From Piromyces finnis finn (Eukaryota; Fungi; Neocallimastigomycota): a stretch of 64,000 nt of DNA. Below are positions 43,046 through 57,669 of this stretch, in pieces. Each line of letters begins with the position of its first letter. The stretch's first letter is position 1. The position numbers and the translations under genes are program-made. The notes below the pieces were generated by a model. That model did no database searches and was not told the origin of the DNA. It worked only from the letters and a program-made list of their open reading frames with translations. The stretch spans positions 1-64,000 of the forward strand of contig MCFH01000007.1 in NCBI GenBank assembly GCA_002104945.1, read 5' to 3'.

Positions 43046-45776
43046 TGTTTGTATTTAGAAATTATTAATGATTTGTTTTTTTTATATTTTAAATATAATA
43101 GCATTTATTTTATATATTTCAAAATTTACCGTCTTTTAATTCTGGCATTTTATTTATATTTATATTTATTCTATATAAATCTATATAATATAATAAATAT
43201 TATTAGTACTTATAGTAATTTCAATATTATAATTGATTCATAAATAATTCTTATTTCATTGTTTGATTTAAACATTTGACTTTATTTTATTTGAACATTT
43301 GACTTTATCTCAAATTAGAATATAATGATCTTTTATAATTATATTAATTCTAGTTTTGGTACATTTAAGAATTTTTAATTAAAAATTTAATTATTACAAA
43401 TATATTATTCTTCTTAAATATTCTGGAAACTGTACTATAATTTAATATTGATTTTAAATTGTTACTCACTTTACTATTAAAATAATCTCTAGAATTATTT
43501 AAAAAAATATATATATATTTAAATATAATATAATTTTTTTAAATTATATAGTATAAATAAATAGTTATAAAATTGTGTAAAGAAGAAAAAAAAAATTTTT
43601 TTATTTTTTTTTTAATATATATAAAATTAATATCCTTTTTCATTGAAATAATTCTACTACTATATTATAAATTACAATGATATTTTATATATATTACATT
43701 TTAATTAATATATTTAAAAAATCATTAATAATATTAATCAAAATGACTATCACCAATCAAAAAAAGGTTGGATTTATAAAAAATTTTTTAAATTGTTAGA
43801 TTAACTATTTTTATAAGATCTAAAAGTAAAATTTTATAATAGTAAATGTTTTTTTTTTTAAAAAAAAAAAACAATTTTAAATATAAAATTTTATTAAAGG
43901 AATATAATATTTTGTTAAATAAATTATTATTAATAAAAATTCAATAACTATCTTCAAATAATATATTAAATAAAATTGAAAAAAATAACATCCATTATAT
44001 ACATAATAATATTAAAAATTTAAGTCTATTATAAGAATAATAACTTTTAAATATATATTTTATATATGTTATTATTAATGTGGTCTTTAAAAATATAAGA
44101 GTACTATTAAAAATTATCTTTAAATTTATAATTATCATTTTTTATATTTTTTTAATGAAAACTAATAAACATAAATATATATAAATATATGTACCTTTTA
44201 TACTTAGCAATTATTTTGTGTAACAATTATAAATCTTATTTAAAAAATATATATAACAATTATTACAAAAATTAGAATATAAACCATCATATCTAATATT
44301 TATTTAATTATAATAAGTATTTGTATATTTATATTAACATTTATTATTCTTAATTTCTATTATGAATATTTTTTATTACTTTATTTAAAGGTTTCAGTAT
44401 AGACAATTATTTTTAAAATCTTATGCAATGATATTAATTTTTTTTATAGTTGTATATTCATTATAAAGTTTTTATAATTTTAGAATATTTTACATTTTTT
44501 TTCTTTACAAAAATTAAATAATATTTATCCAAAGTCTATATTATAAATTGAATTGAGATTTATAAAGGCACATGTATAAATGAAACTATTTTTTTTTTAT
44601 TTAATTCATCACTATTAAACTTATATAAACATAAATATATTTGATATTTAAAATTTTAATATTTTCAAATAAATTAAGAGAATAAGTATAATAATTTTCA
44701 GTATCATAGTTAATATTTTTCTAAAAAAAATACAACTATTGTAATTATTATATAATATAAAAAACATTATATTAAAGCAATAATGTATTGTATTGTATAA
44801 AAGATAAATATTTCTACACAAAATTATTTATGAATTACATATTGCACTATTATAAAAAGACATAACTTCACTTAAAAATTAATAATAATAAATAAACTTT
44901 GATTATTAAAAAAATAATACTATTTTATTAGAAATAAAACTTTAAAAAAAAGACCATAAAATTTAACTATATTATATAATGAATGTAGTTAATAAAATAT
45001 TAATCATTTTTAATTTAAATTATATATATATAGTATGTAAAAAAAATAAATTTATAAACATTTACATTAAATCCTATCCTTTTTTCTAGTTACACAAAAA
45101 TTTTATAATGTATATTACATTTAAAATATTTATAATAGATCTTAAAACCTAATCAGTGAAAAATTATAATAGTTTAATAATACTTTAATTTGAGAAGAAT
45201 ATGAGAATCTATAAGACAAATAGTAAAATTGTAGTATAAAATATGTAATAAGGTTAATTTTATTAATGTATTTTTTATTTTTCAATTTTTCTTTAAGCAA
45301 TCTACTTATTTTCAAATAGAAAACGTGTATTTAAATCTTAAATAATGAATCATTTTCAAATAGAAAATATATACTTTAAATGAAAGTAGGATATATAAAC
45401 TAAAAATAGTATAAACTTATTTAATACATTTTTATATAACTTTTATATCCAAATAAAAAAATAGCTAAAAGTTTAAAACTGAAATTGTTATAAAATATAT
45501 GTTTTTAAAGAAAGAGATATTATTAAAATAATAGCACTAAAATTTTTTAGTATATCTATTATAAAATTTTAAATATATTATTTCCTGAAGGAATATTAAA
45601 TTAAAAATTATATTTTATATAATAAAATTTATTTTTATTAAAAAATTTTAAAGAATTATTTAATGAGGTGGATTTATTAATAAAATTTTTTAATATGAAA
45701 ATTTATAAAGTTTAATTTTAAAAAATTCATTAAAGAAAAAAATATTTTCTTCAATTTATACGGAAATAACTTGAAT

Positions 45777-45798
45777 TAACCATTATTAATAATGGTTA
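45777..45798. repeat. Perfect 22-bp palindrome TAACCATTATTAATAATGGTTA
   Basis: Self-complementary, checked base by base. Confidence 0.85.
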
Positions 45799-46874
45799 TT
45801 TTAACATAAAAAATTATAATAATCAAAAAATAGTTTTATTTTAACGTTTTTTTCTGAAGTTTTATAAAATTTATGAAAGGTATAATTATATGAATACTTA
45901 TTAAAAATGACTCTAAATTGTGTTGAGTTAAAAGAATTGTTATATTAAAAATATTCTTATTATTTATATATTAACCTTTGGTTGTATTTCCATTTGTAAT
46001 ATATTAGTCAAAATCATATTTTAAATTATAAAAATTATTATGGTATTATGGTATAAAATATACCTAAATTAAAGTTTATCTATTGAATGTATTTGTATTA
46101 CAAAATACATACATTCAATATATGTTATAATGTATATTAAAACATATATTAACAATATAAATATATTTTTATAAAATAACATTTATATTATTTAATCAAT
46201 ATATTAATAAACTGTAGCCATTAATTAAGCGTTAACTTCTATATAGATTTTCATATATTACTACTATTATACTCTATTATTTTAGATATATATTAAATAT
46301 TAATTAATATTAAATTAATATATTACAAATCAATTATGAATATATTTAATATAAATAATTAGTAATAATAGATAAATGTATTACTAATAAATGATGAAAT
46401 ATTTTTTTTAAAAAATATTAACAAGTTTTTATAAATAATTTTTGATAATAAAGTGTAATAAATTAATATTAATAAACTTCATTTTTATTTTTATTATTAT
46501 ATATATTTTTTGAAAGGCGCATAAAGTTATATTTTTTTTTTTTAAATATTTTATGGTTTTATAAATTAATAAAAATATTTTTTATATTAATATAAAATAA
46601 ATAAAGTAAATAAATAAATAAGTATATAGATGCAATAATTTAATATATTGTAAAAACTAAAAGCATATTTCAAAATAATAATTGAAATCTAAACATTTCA
46701 AATATTATGAAGTTTAATTGAAATTACATTTTTCAAATTATTATAATATATAGAGTATAACAACAGAATTTTTCAATTTATACATAATATAAACAATTTA
46801 AAAGAATAATTAAATTTATAAGAAAATCTTGAAGAAATCTAAATCCAATTATCTTTTAATAAGTAAATTAAATT

Positions 46875-46909
<35 letters not shown>

Positions 46910-47080
46910 CTTTAATAATTGTTAATAAGCCTTTTAGATAAACAAACAGGAAAAAAAAAAAAAAAAACCTAAATTTCCTAATTAAATAAATTTTAATTCA
47001 ATTGTGATAAGACATAAAAGCATACTTTAAGTAAAAAATTTGAAGTCAAAATTTATATATTAATTTATTTTCAGTAAAAA

Positions 47081-49434
47081 ATGGAAACTGCCATTAACAA
47101 TCAAATTTCTATTGACCTTGATGAAGGAAAAAGAAAAAGAGAAAATGATTTATTACAGAAAACAAAAACAAAAAAGTCAAATGAAGGTAAAATATATTTA
47201 AAAAACAAAAATATCTATAAAATCATTTTAAGAATTAGTAAAACATTGTATTTATATTTTATTATTTATAATTCTTACTATTTATAAAAATAAAATTATT
47301 AAAATAAAACAAAAATCATTAATTAATCATGCATTAAATAATATGGAAATTGTTAAAGAAGGTGAAATAAATGTCAGAAAAAAGCCAGGAAGAAAGAGAT
47401 TAGAAGTAACTGAATCTAATACTAAGAAAGAAAAAAATAGGGTTGCCCAAAGAGCTTGGAGAGAAAGAAAAGAAAAGTAAATATGAAATATTGATATCAA
47501 ATATTAGTATAAAAGAAACTTTATTAATTTAAAATAATATAATAAAGATATGTATTAGAATTAGAAGCAAAAATTATTGATTTAGAAAATGCTAAAAACA
47601 AATCTGAAAATGAAAAGCAACAATTAAAATTAATTATAGAAAAATTAAGATCTGAGAATACATATTTAAAAAATGCCACTTCTTTTATATTTACCCCAAC
47701 AAAAGGTAATAATACATAAATATTCATATAATATAATAACTTTTATCGTAAATAATAACACAAATAATTAAATATAAATAAATAAAAGAAACTGAAATGT
47801 TTATGGAACAAAACAAATTAAAAATACAACAACAAAAAAATTTAAAACAAAATAGTCAAGGATTACTTAGTAGTTCGATGCAATTAGGTTCACAAAATTC
47901 ATTAAATCAAGAGTTAATTAATAGTAATGTATATGAAAATAATGGAAGTAATGAAACTGTTTCTCATTTAACAGCCGACGATATTAATGAGGATATATTA
48001 AATGGTGCTAATCCCGAGATATTAAATGAACTTTATAAATTAATAAATATGCAAACTCAAGAAAATGCACTTACAAATGGTCAAGACCCATCATTTAATC
48101 CAGCATTAATGACACCAGATTCCATAATAAATGGTGCTAATTCACCATTAAACCCTGAACTAGTTCAACCTCTTAATAATACAGGCTCAAACAATAATGT
48201 ATACAACATAATTAATTCGTTTCAGAAAGATGACTTAATTGTGCCTAATAGTTATGAATTAAACAATACTATTCCTAATAGTACATCCAATACGAATCTA
48301 TTATTAATGATGAATAACCAAGACCCAAATAAAAATCTAGCATTGTTGAATCAACAACCATTAAATACTATTGATCCATCATTAATAGGACATTCGTCAG
48401 CTAGTATTCCTAATACAACTCCGGTAAATATACCAAGTTCAACATCAACAACAATTGATCAAAGCTCTTTATTAACCATGTCTTTATTAAATGGTATGCC
48501 ATCTACTTTTAGTAATATTCAACCTCAGCCAGCTTTAGCTTCACCAGGAATGCCAAACATTGATAACAATTTATACCAATTTAATACATTAAATCAGTTG
48601 AATACACTTCATTCTTCAACATTAACAAAACCAGTAAATGGAAATATGAACTATCGTTCACAAACTGTTACAAAAGAAAAGAGGCAACCAATCTCTGATC
48701 AACTCTTTGCTGATACAATTAAAATACTACATCAACAACAAAATCTTGATAATGGTGAAGATGATATTCTTATTCAACAAATCAATAAAAGTGCTAGAGA
48801 AATGTATACAAACCCAATTACTGGTATGCCATCACCATCTGGCGCTCTTAACTATAGAAAAGAACAACCATCTACTCCAGATGAACTTTCAAAAATGGGC
48901 GTTCCATATACTCCAGAAGATCTTGATTCCGAATCAAATAAAAGTGGTGAAGTTACTTATATTGTACCAAGAAGTATTCCAGAAAATGAAGAAGACAGTG
49001 AAAATAGTTTTTGTGGTTCCAATGTTAATAACGAAATGCAAACTGAAGGTGCAAGTAATGAAATAAAGATTGAGGATAAGCGTAGTAACTCAACACATTC
49101 TACCTTACAATTTCCAGCTGATCAAAAACCAACAAAATTAAACATCCCATATTCCGTATTCCCAAGAGTTTCACAAGAAACTGTTGATAACTTTATTAAT
49201 GAGGCTAAATTAAGTGAAGAAGAATTAGAATGCTTATGCTCAGAGTTAAAGAGTAAGGCTACATGTAAAGAAAAGTTAAAGTATATTTCTAAGAATGTAG
49301 AAATTGATGGATGGACAATGGAAAAATGGAAAGAAGGAAGAAATAAATTATTAGATGAAGAAAAACAAAAAGAAAAGGAAGATCAGGGATCATGTTTTAG
49401 TAGTAAAAATATAAATGTTAAAAATCAAGAATAA
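47081..49434 (+). CDS. Yap1/Pap1-like AP-1 bZIP transcription factor; 4 exons
   Basis: RKKPGRK..KKEKNRVAQRAWRERKEKYVLELEAKI followed by a leucine heptad (Yap-type basic region NRxAQRxxRERK); C-terminal LECLCSELKSKATC resembles the Yap1 c-CRD (LCSEL..KAKC). Confidence 0.82.
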
Positions 49435-50380
49435 TACCACCTAATATTGAAAAAAAAAATTAATACTACTAATATACATAAATATATATAAAATCTAATA
49501 GATAATAATTTTTAATTTATAATAAATAAGTGTAATAATAATAGATAGTGTATCTTTTTATGTATTTAATGCCTGTTCCTATTTTTGTTTTCATTTAAAT
49601 ATTATTAATTTCGATATCAACTTTAAATAAGTCTTTTATTTTTTATTATTATAATTTTATCTATTAAGTATTATTTATAAAAAAAAAAAAAATAATAATT
49701 TATATATATAAAATAAGTAACAATTTTTTTTATTGTTATTATTAATTTCATTATTTCATATTTATATATTTTATAATTAAATTTGTATAATATTTTATCT
49801 ATTTTTGTAATACTTTATATTTTATTTATGACCATTAATTATTTTATATAAAATTTTAATAATAATATTAAACATAAGGAAAAGACAAAATATTTCAAAC
49901 TTTTTTTTCAATTCTTAATAAAATAGAACATATTAATATAAATTTGCCTTTTTCTTTTTTTGCTTATATTCATAATTTATTATTAATAATTAAACAAGAA
50001 AATAAAATAAATAAGGAAATAATAAAATAATCTATTAAAACATAATTATTATTCAAACTAATTTCTAGGAATGATAAATTATTATTTTTAAGCTTTAATA
50101 TGGTTATATATTCATATTTTTTCTTCTTTGGTAGTTCATCCATTAATACTTATAAAATTAGGGGTTAGAAATAAACTATTAACTTTTTTTTTTTTTTTTT
50201 TGCTATAGATATTTATTTTATTATCATTACAATTGTTTATTTTATTTTTTTCTATTATTAATTATTATTCCTTATAGATTTATTATTAATAATAAATATT
50301 TATAATAATATATGTATATATATATATTTTTGCTTATAACTTTTATAAAGTTATTCATAATTCTTTTTAGAAATATACAT

Positions 50381-50998
50381 TTATTTTGGACATGGCATTT
50401 TATAAGTTGGTTCAGAATAATATGGATTTCCAGAGGTATTATAATTAGTTTCATATCTATCTTTTCTTGGTGGAATCATTGGTCCATTATTTGGTGATTG
50501 TTGATAATTATTATATTGTTGATTTGATGAATTGCTGAATCGTTGTGGAATAGGCATATTATTAAATTGTTGTTGTTGAGGTTGATTGTATTGTTGTGGT
50601 CTATATTGAGGTTGGTTATATTGGGGTTGGTTGATTTGAGGTTGGATGTATTGAGGGCGATTGTATTGAGGTTGATTATATTGTTGGTTAAACTGTTGTG
50701 GATTATTATATTGTTGTTGTTGTGGTCTAAATTGTTGTTGTCCATAGTTCGCAGGTAAACTATTTGGTAAACCTATATTATTATTTTGTTGATATCTTAC
50801 TGGTGGAACAGAATTAATATTTACTGGCCTTACTGGTCTAACATTTTGAGGATTCATTCTTCTTGGAGGTAAGTTAGCTTTTTTACTTGGAATTTCTGCT
50901 TCATCATCTGGTTGATATATTGGAGTACCGGTTGGTGGTGGAGGAGTGTATCCAGATGCAGCAACATTTAAAGGTTTCTTCTTGTAATTTTTGACCAT
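50381..50998 (-). CDS. Hypothetical Pro/Gln/Asn/Tyr-rich low-complexity protein (205 aa)
   Basis: ATG-initiated 205-codon ORF with clearly higher GC than its flanks and repeated QYNQP units; no folded domain recognised; extra exons not excluded. Confidence 0.65.
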   Translation of the reverse strand: MVKNYKKKPLNVAASGYTPPPPTGTPIYQPDDEAEIPSKKANLPPRRMNPQNVRPVRPVNINSVPPVRYQQNNNIGLPNSLPANYGQQQFRPQQQQYNNPQQFNQQYNQPQYNRPQYIQPQINQPQYNQPQYRPQQYNQPQQQQFNNMPIPQRFSNSSNQQYNNYQQSPNNGPMIPPRKDRYETNYNTSGNPYYSEPTYKMPCPK

Positions 50999-51040
50999 TT
51001 TCTATTATCTGTATATTTACAATATAATAAAATATAATAA

Positions 51041-51198
51041 ATAATAATTTACATTAAATAATTATTAATATAAAATAGAATTTATACTATTTTTCTTTTC
51101 CTTTTTATAAGTATAAAATATAATAAATAATAATTTACATTAAATAATTATTAATATAAAATAGAATTTATACTATTTTTATTTTCCTTTTTATAAGT
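51041..51198. repeat. Tandem direct duplication, two ~72-bp copies (period 86 bp, 1 mismatch)
   Basis: ATAATAATTTACATTAAATAATTATTAATATAAAATAGAATTTATACTATTTTT(C/A)TTTTCCTTTTTATAAGT at 51041 and 51127. Confidence 0.9.
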
Positions 51199-52329
51199 TA
51201 TATTTTAATTTTTATTAAAAATTAATGTTCGAGAATTATACTATATAATCAGCTTTTTTTATAATTATTTTTCTTTTTAATTAAATAATTTTATTTTTTC
51301 TTTATTTATTTGCCAAATTTTGTTATAACCTATAAAATAAATAATTGTATTTTTGTTATCAAGTTTTTATATTTGTTAATATTTGTTAATAATATTCAAT
51401 AAAACATATTTATTTGATTTTGTATTAAATTATTATTACTGTTATTCTTCTTTTTAGAAATACATATATTTTATATTTGTTTTAGCATAGAAAATAAATT
51501 ATTATATTTAGTTTTGACATTTTTTTTTTATTCAAGAAAACATTCTTATTTACTTTAGTATTGTTATCAAGTTCAACTCATTATATACCTCTTAATTTTT
51601 ATTAAATATAATATTGAATTAATTTTTGGGTACTAAATTTACCTATTAGTTTTTTGGCTGAATTAAATTATAAAGATATTGAGGTTTTCTATTATTAAAT
51701 ATTTATGTTTGAAAATATTATATTCTAATTTAATATTTTAACTAATAAGTCAAGATAATACAAAGATTTTTTTTTTAATAAATAGAGCCTACTTTATAAA
51801 ATTTTTTTAAATATTTTTTTGAAGTTCTTTTGTTTTTTTTATATATTAATTTTCATTTCACCAATATTTTGTAGTTATTAAAAAATTATAAATTCTTAGA
51901 ATCATAGGTTGGAAATAAAATATGTTGTAGTTTAAGAACTTTAATTCTTATAAAACCCTTTTTTTTTTTTTAATTATCTATATAGTAATATTAATATCAT
52001 TTTAATTAATATTAATTATGTATTATTCAATAGTATTGTGAATACTAAATTATATATAAAAAAATACTATTAATAACGTACTTTTTAATTAAAAATAATT
52101 TACAAATTAATAAAAGTGATCTTATAACCATAAATATGAAGTAATAAAAATAGTAAATATAATAATATAATTATTGTAATTAAGGATTATAATAAACTAT
52201 ATATTATATTAATATATGAATATTATTAGCATTTAATTATATATCTAATTTTTTTTCCATGAGTTCTATATATTTAAATCAATATTTATTTAAAAATTTA
52301 AATAGGAAATGTGCTAGTCACTAAATATA

Positions 52330-52743
52330 CACGTGTTAATTATTTAATATTAAAAATTATAGCTTTCATAATAAATTAGAAGCAAAGGTTAAAAAAATAT
52401 ATAACTTTTTCTTTTAATAAAAGTAAAAATAAAAAATAATAATCAATTGAATTTTGATATTTAAATTTTTGTTTTATTTAATAAATATAGAAATAGAAAT
52501 AAATCCTATACTTTATAAATTGGCATTTATAATTATAAAAATATGGTTAATGCATAAATCGTCAAAAAAGCTTTGTAATTTTGAATTAAATATTCATATT
52601 CTAGTTGCTTAACCATGATGAAGTATAGAATAAGAATAAAATATATAATTCTTATATAATGAAACATAAGTATTTTTCATATTTATAATATGTTCATTAT
52701 TTAAGAAATAAAACACATTTAAAAATCTTATATATATCACGTG
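52330..52743. promoter_or_regulatory. Two CACGTG E-boxes (52330-52335, 52738-52743) upstream of GAPDH
   Basis: Both motifs are seen directly in otherwise very GC-poor intergenic DNA; function is inferred from bHLH (Tye7/Cbf1/Pho4-type) site preference. Confidence 0.45.
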
Positions 52744-53657
52744 TAATACACAATATACAAAATACACATGATACCAACTATTTTATTTCTACTTTTTTTT
52801 ATACTGATATAATTATTGTATTTATAAATAATTATAAATACAATAATTTTACAATATATTATAAATTATTATAAATATAATTTATATTAATAAATAAAGT
52901 GGATCTTAAATTTTTTGTAGATATTAACCAACCAAAAAACTTAATTGTAAAAAATCTAAGCGAATCACATACAAAAATTATTTTAATATTTTACAATTAT
53001 ATTATGATTAAATTTTTTCAATTAATATATACCAAAATATTATTTATACATATATTATTAATGTATGTATAATAAAATTTTCAAACTATGATCACAAACT
53101 TTAATTTTGGTATTTTGCATAGAACCTCATACATTATTATTATTATTATCCCCATATTTCAGGTTTGGTTTAAAAAATAGAATTAATACTATATACTCAT
53201 TTATAATATAAAAGGTCTTTATATTTAAAATTTTTTAGCACAATAATAATAAGTTATTAATATTAAATTATTCAGTTTTAATAGCTTTTAAAATAAATAG
53301 TAATCTTGTTTTTATTTATGTTTCTTTCACCAATTATAAAAAAAAAACAATTTTAATTATTATATTTATGATATTTGGAATAAAAATTTTTTATTAAATA
53401 AAATATTTTTTTTGAAATAAATATAATATATTAAATAACAATACAATTGATTTTAATTCATATAATATTAATATTTATTAATATATCAATTTATTTAATT
53501 TATATTTTAAGTAAGATTAAATAGTAAAAAAAAAAAAAACATAAATGTAAAAAAAAATTTGAATTTTTTTTTTTCTTTTGCTTTTAATTAAACAATTAAA
53601 ATCTTACAAATTATTTTTTTTAAATAAAATTAATATTACTAATTAATATTATTCAAC

Positions 53658-55199
<1,542 letters not shown>

Positions 55200-56791
55200 A
55201 TTCATTGATTAATTTTTAATTCACATATTTTTTTATATTATAATTAATCTTATTATTTAATATAGAATATAAATGATATTAGTAATATTACACACTTTTA
55301 TTTATAATAAAATAATATAATAATTCAATTAAAAAGTAATTAATTAAATCAACAAAACAAACTTTTAAAGAATTAATAATAATTTAGAAATCAATAATTT
55401 TAAAAAATTCAAAAGAAAACAAATAACAAAAAAAAAAAAAAAAAAAAAAAAAAACAAAAAAGCAAAAAAGCAAAAACAAAACAAAACAAAACAAAAAAGC
55501 AAAAACAAAACGAAAACAAAAACAAATTAAAAAACAAATCAAAACGAATAAGCAAAAGTACAAAAAAAAAAAAAAAATTAAATTTATAGATTTTCTTTCA
55601 GTTTTAATTAGAAGAGAAAAAATAATATACTCATTTTTTATTTCTTTTTAATTCATTAAAAAAAAAACTAATAACATTAGATTTCTTAGACAAAAATGCG
55701 TTAAAAGGAAATAAAAGTTAATTAACAAAAGTATTAATAAAAACTTAAAAGTAAAACAGAAAAAAAATAATAAAAAAGTAAAAGTGATTAAAACAAAATT
55801 AATGATAATAATAAAACAAAAAAAAAACAAAACATATATGAGATAAAAAATAAAGAACAATAACAAAAAAAAGTAAGCTTAAAATTAGTAATATTGTTGA
55901 TTATTATATATATTAATGAATTAAATATAAATAATAATTAAAATCATAATTAAAAACCAGTTTAGTAAATCTTTTTTTTTTTATCCTAGAAATTAATTTA
56001 AATGTTAAAATTTTAACATAAAATTAAATAAAAACATAATACAAAAAACTATTTTTTTTATTTTTTCTTTTTAATTAATTCATTAATTTGTAAATGAATG
56101 ATATAAAGTGTATACATATATATATATATTAAGCAGATAATAATATAAGATGTATGTATGAAAAAAACAAAAACAAAAACAAAAAAAAGAAAAAACAACA
56201 GCTATATTTTAATAGTACTAGGAGATTTTATAAAATTTATAAGGTACTGATCCTTTTTCATTATTTTGCGGATATTATCAATACATTTATTATATAAGTT
56301 CTGAATTATTACTACATCTTTCTATACTAAGATAATGTTTTGATTTAATAGCTTCACATATTATCATTTTATTTCTAAATATTTTTGAAATAATTTTTAT
56401 TATGGAATAAGTTTTGTAAAATTTTGATACTATTATAGTAATTGATCATTTTGATATCATACAATTATAAACATTGGTAAATTAAGTAAAGTACATATTC
56501 CAATATAAATCAATTTAAGTACTATTTTTTTTTATTTATAATTTTTATTCTTTTATTATATTTTAAACTATTATTATTTATTATTATAATGACATATATT
56601 ATAGTTATAATATAAAGTTATTATAATATATATTTTTTCTATATTATAAAAAATGATTAATTTTCAATTTATGTATTATCCTTTAAATACATAACTATTA
56701 TATTATATTTTATATTTATATATTTTATAAATATTAAAAAAAAAAAAAAAACAAATATTGTTTCTTCAAATATAAAAATTAAAGATAACAA

Positions 56792-56852
56792 AAAATTTAA
56801 ATTAATAACAAAAAAATTTTAATTTAAAATTTTTGTTATTAATTTAAATTTT
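56792..56852. repeat. Inverted repeat, 23-bp perfect arms, 15-nt spacer
   Basis: AAAATTTAAATTAATAACAAAAA (56792-56814) and TTTTTGTTATTAATTTAAATTTT (56830-56852). Confidence 0.8.
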
Positions 56853-57332
56853 AAATGTTGTAACACAAAGCTATTTTTTTAACCACATAAATAAAAATTT
56901 TTACCACATAAAACCTGAAATTTATATAAAAACGATGAAAAAAAAGACACGTTTTAATGGTTTTATTTAAAGTAATTTGGATACTGTTATATTCTTTGCA
57001 GTTTTTTTTTATTGACATTTAAATAAAATTATTCCGTATTGATTACTACAATCTTATTTTATTTTATTCCATATTAATTTTTGGTATTTTCTTTTTGTAA
57101 TAAGTTGTTTGTTGAAATGAATTGTATAATCATATTACTCAAATATAGCTTATAAGTTATTATTATAATTTTTATTTTTTCCTATTTTTTATTTATAATA
57201 ATATTACCTCATTATTACAATATACTAATATTATTTTATTGTTTTATATTATTTTATTATCACTTTTTATAAAAAAATAATTATTATTGTTAAAATTTTA
57301 GATCTAGTTCTTCAATTCATCCATAAGGATCT

Positions 57333-57578
57333 TTATATTAAAAATAAATAAGCTTTTTGGAAATTAATATGCTGTTTCAGCAGTTGATAATCTTCATCCT
57401 AAGAATATTCTTTATCTTTGAAATTTTTAAAAGATGTAAAAAAATGCAAAATACACACTTTTAACTCTTTTATGGTGAATGGGATGCTATTATGGCATAT
57501 ACTTTTTTGATTAAATGAATAAACTAATGAAAGAAATTTCCTTGAATCTTCTTTTAAATATTTATGAAAATTTAGCAT
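57333..57578 (-). pseudogene. Decayed coding remnant, possibly a hAT-family transposase fragment
   Basis: About 80 codons in one frame with a single internal TAG: MLNFHKYLKEDSRKFLSLVYSFNQKSICHNSIPFTIKELKVCILHFFTSFKNFKDKEYS*DEDYQLLKQHINF. By eye it resembles the hAT core segment (C..LP.DIE..V.KIY.HF..S.KR...E.Y..LL.H..TRWLS), but the diagnostic RW is lost. Confidence 0.35.
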
Positions 57579-57669
57579 TTAAATATGAAAATATACCATA
57601 TATATATATATATTTTACATAAAAAAGTAATGACTTAAAATGTCACGAGAAAAGAACTTCTTTTTTTGT

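Noticed and set aside
50158-50169. TTAGGGGTTAG telomere-like motif
   Set aside because: Single degenerate copy, no array.
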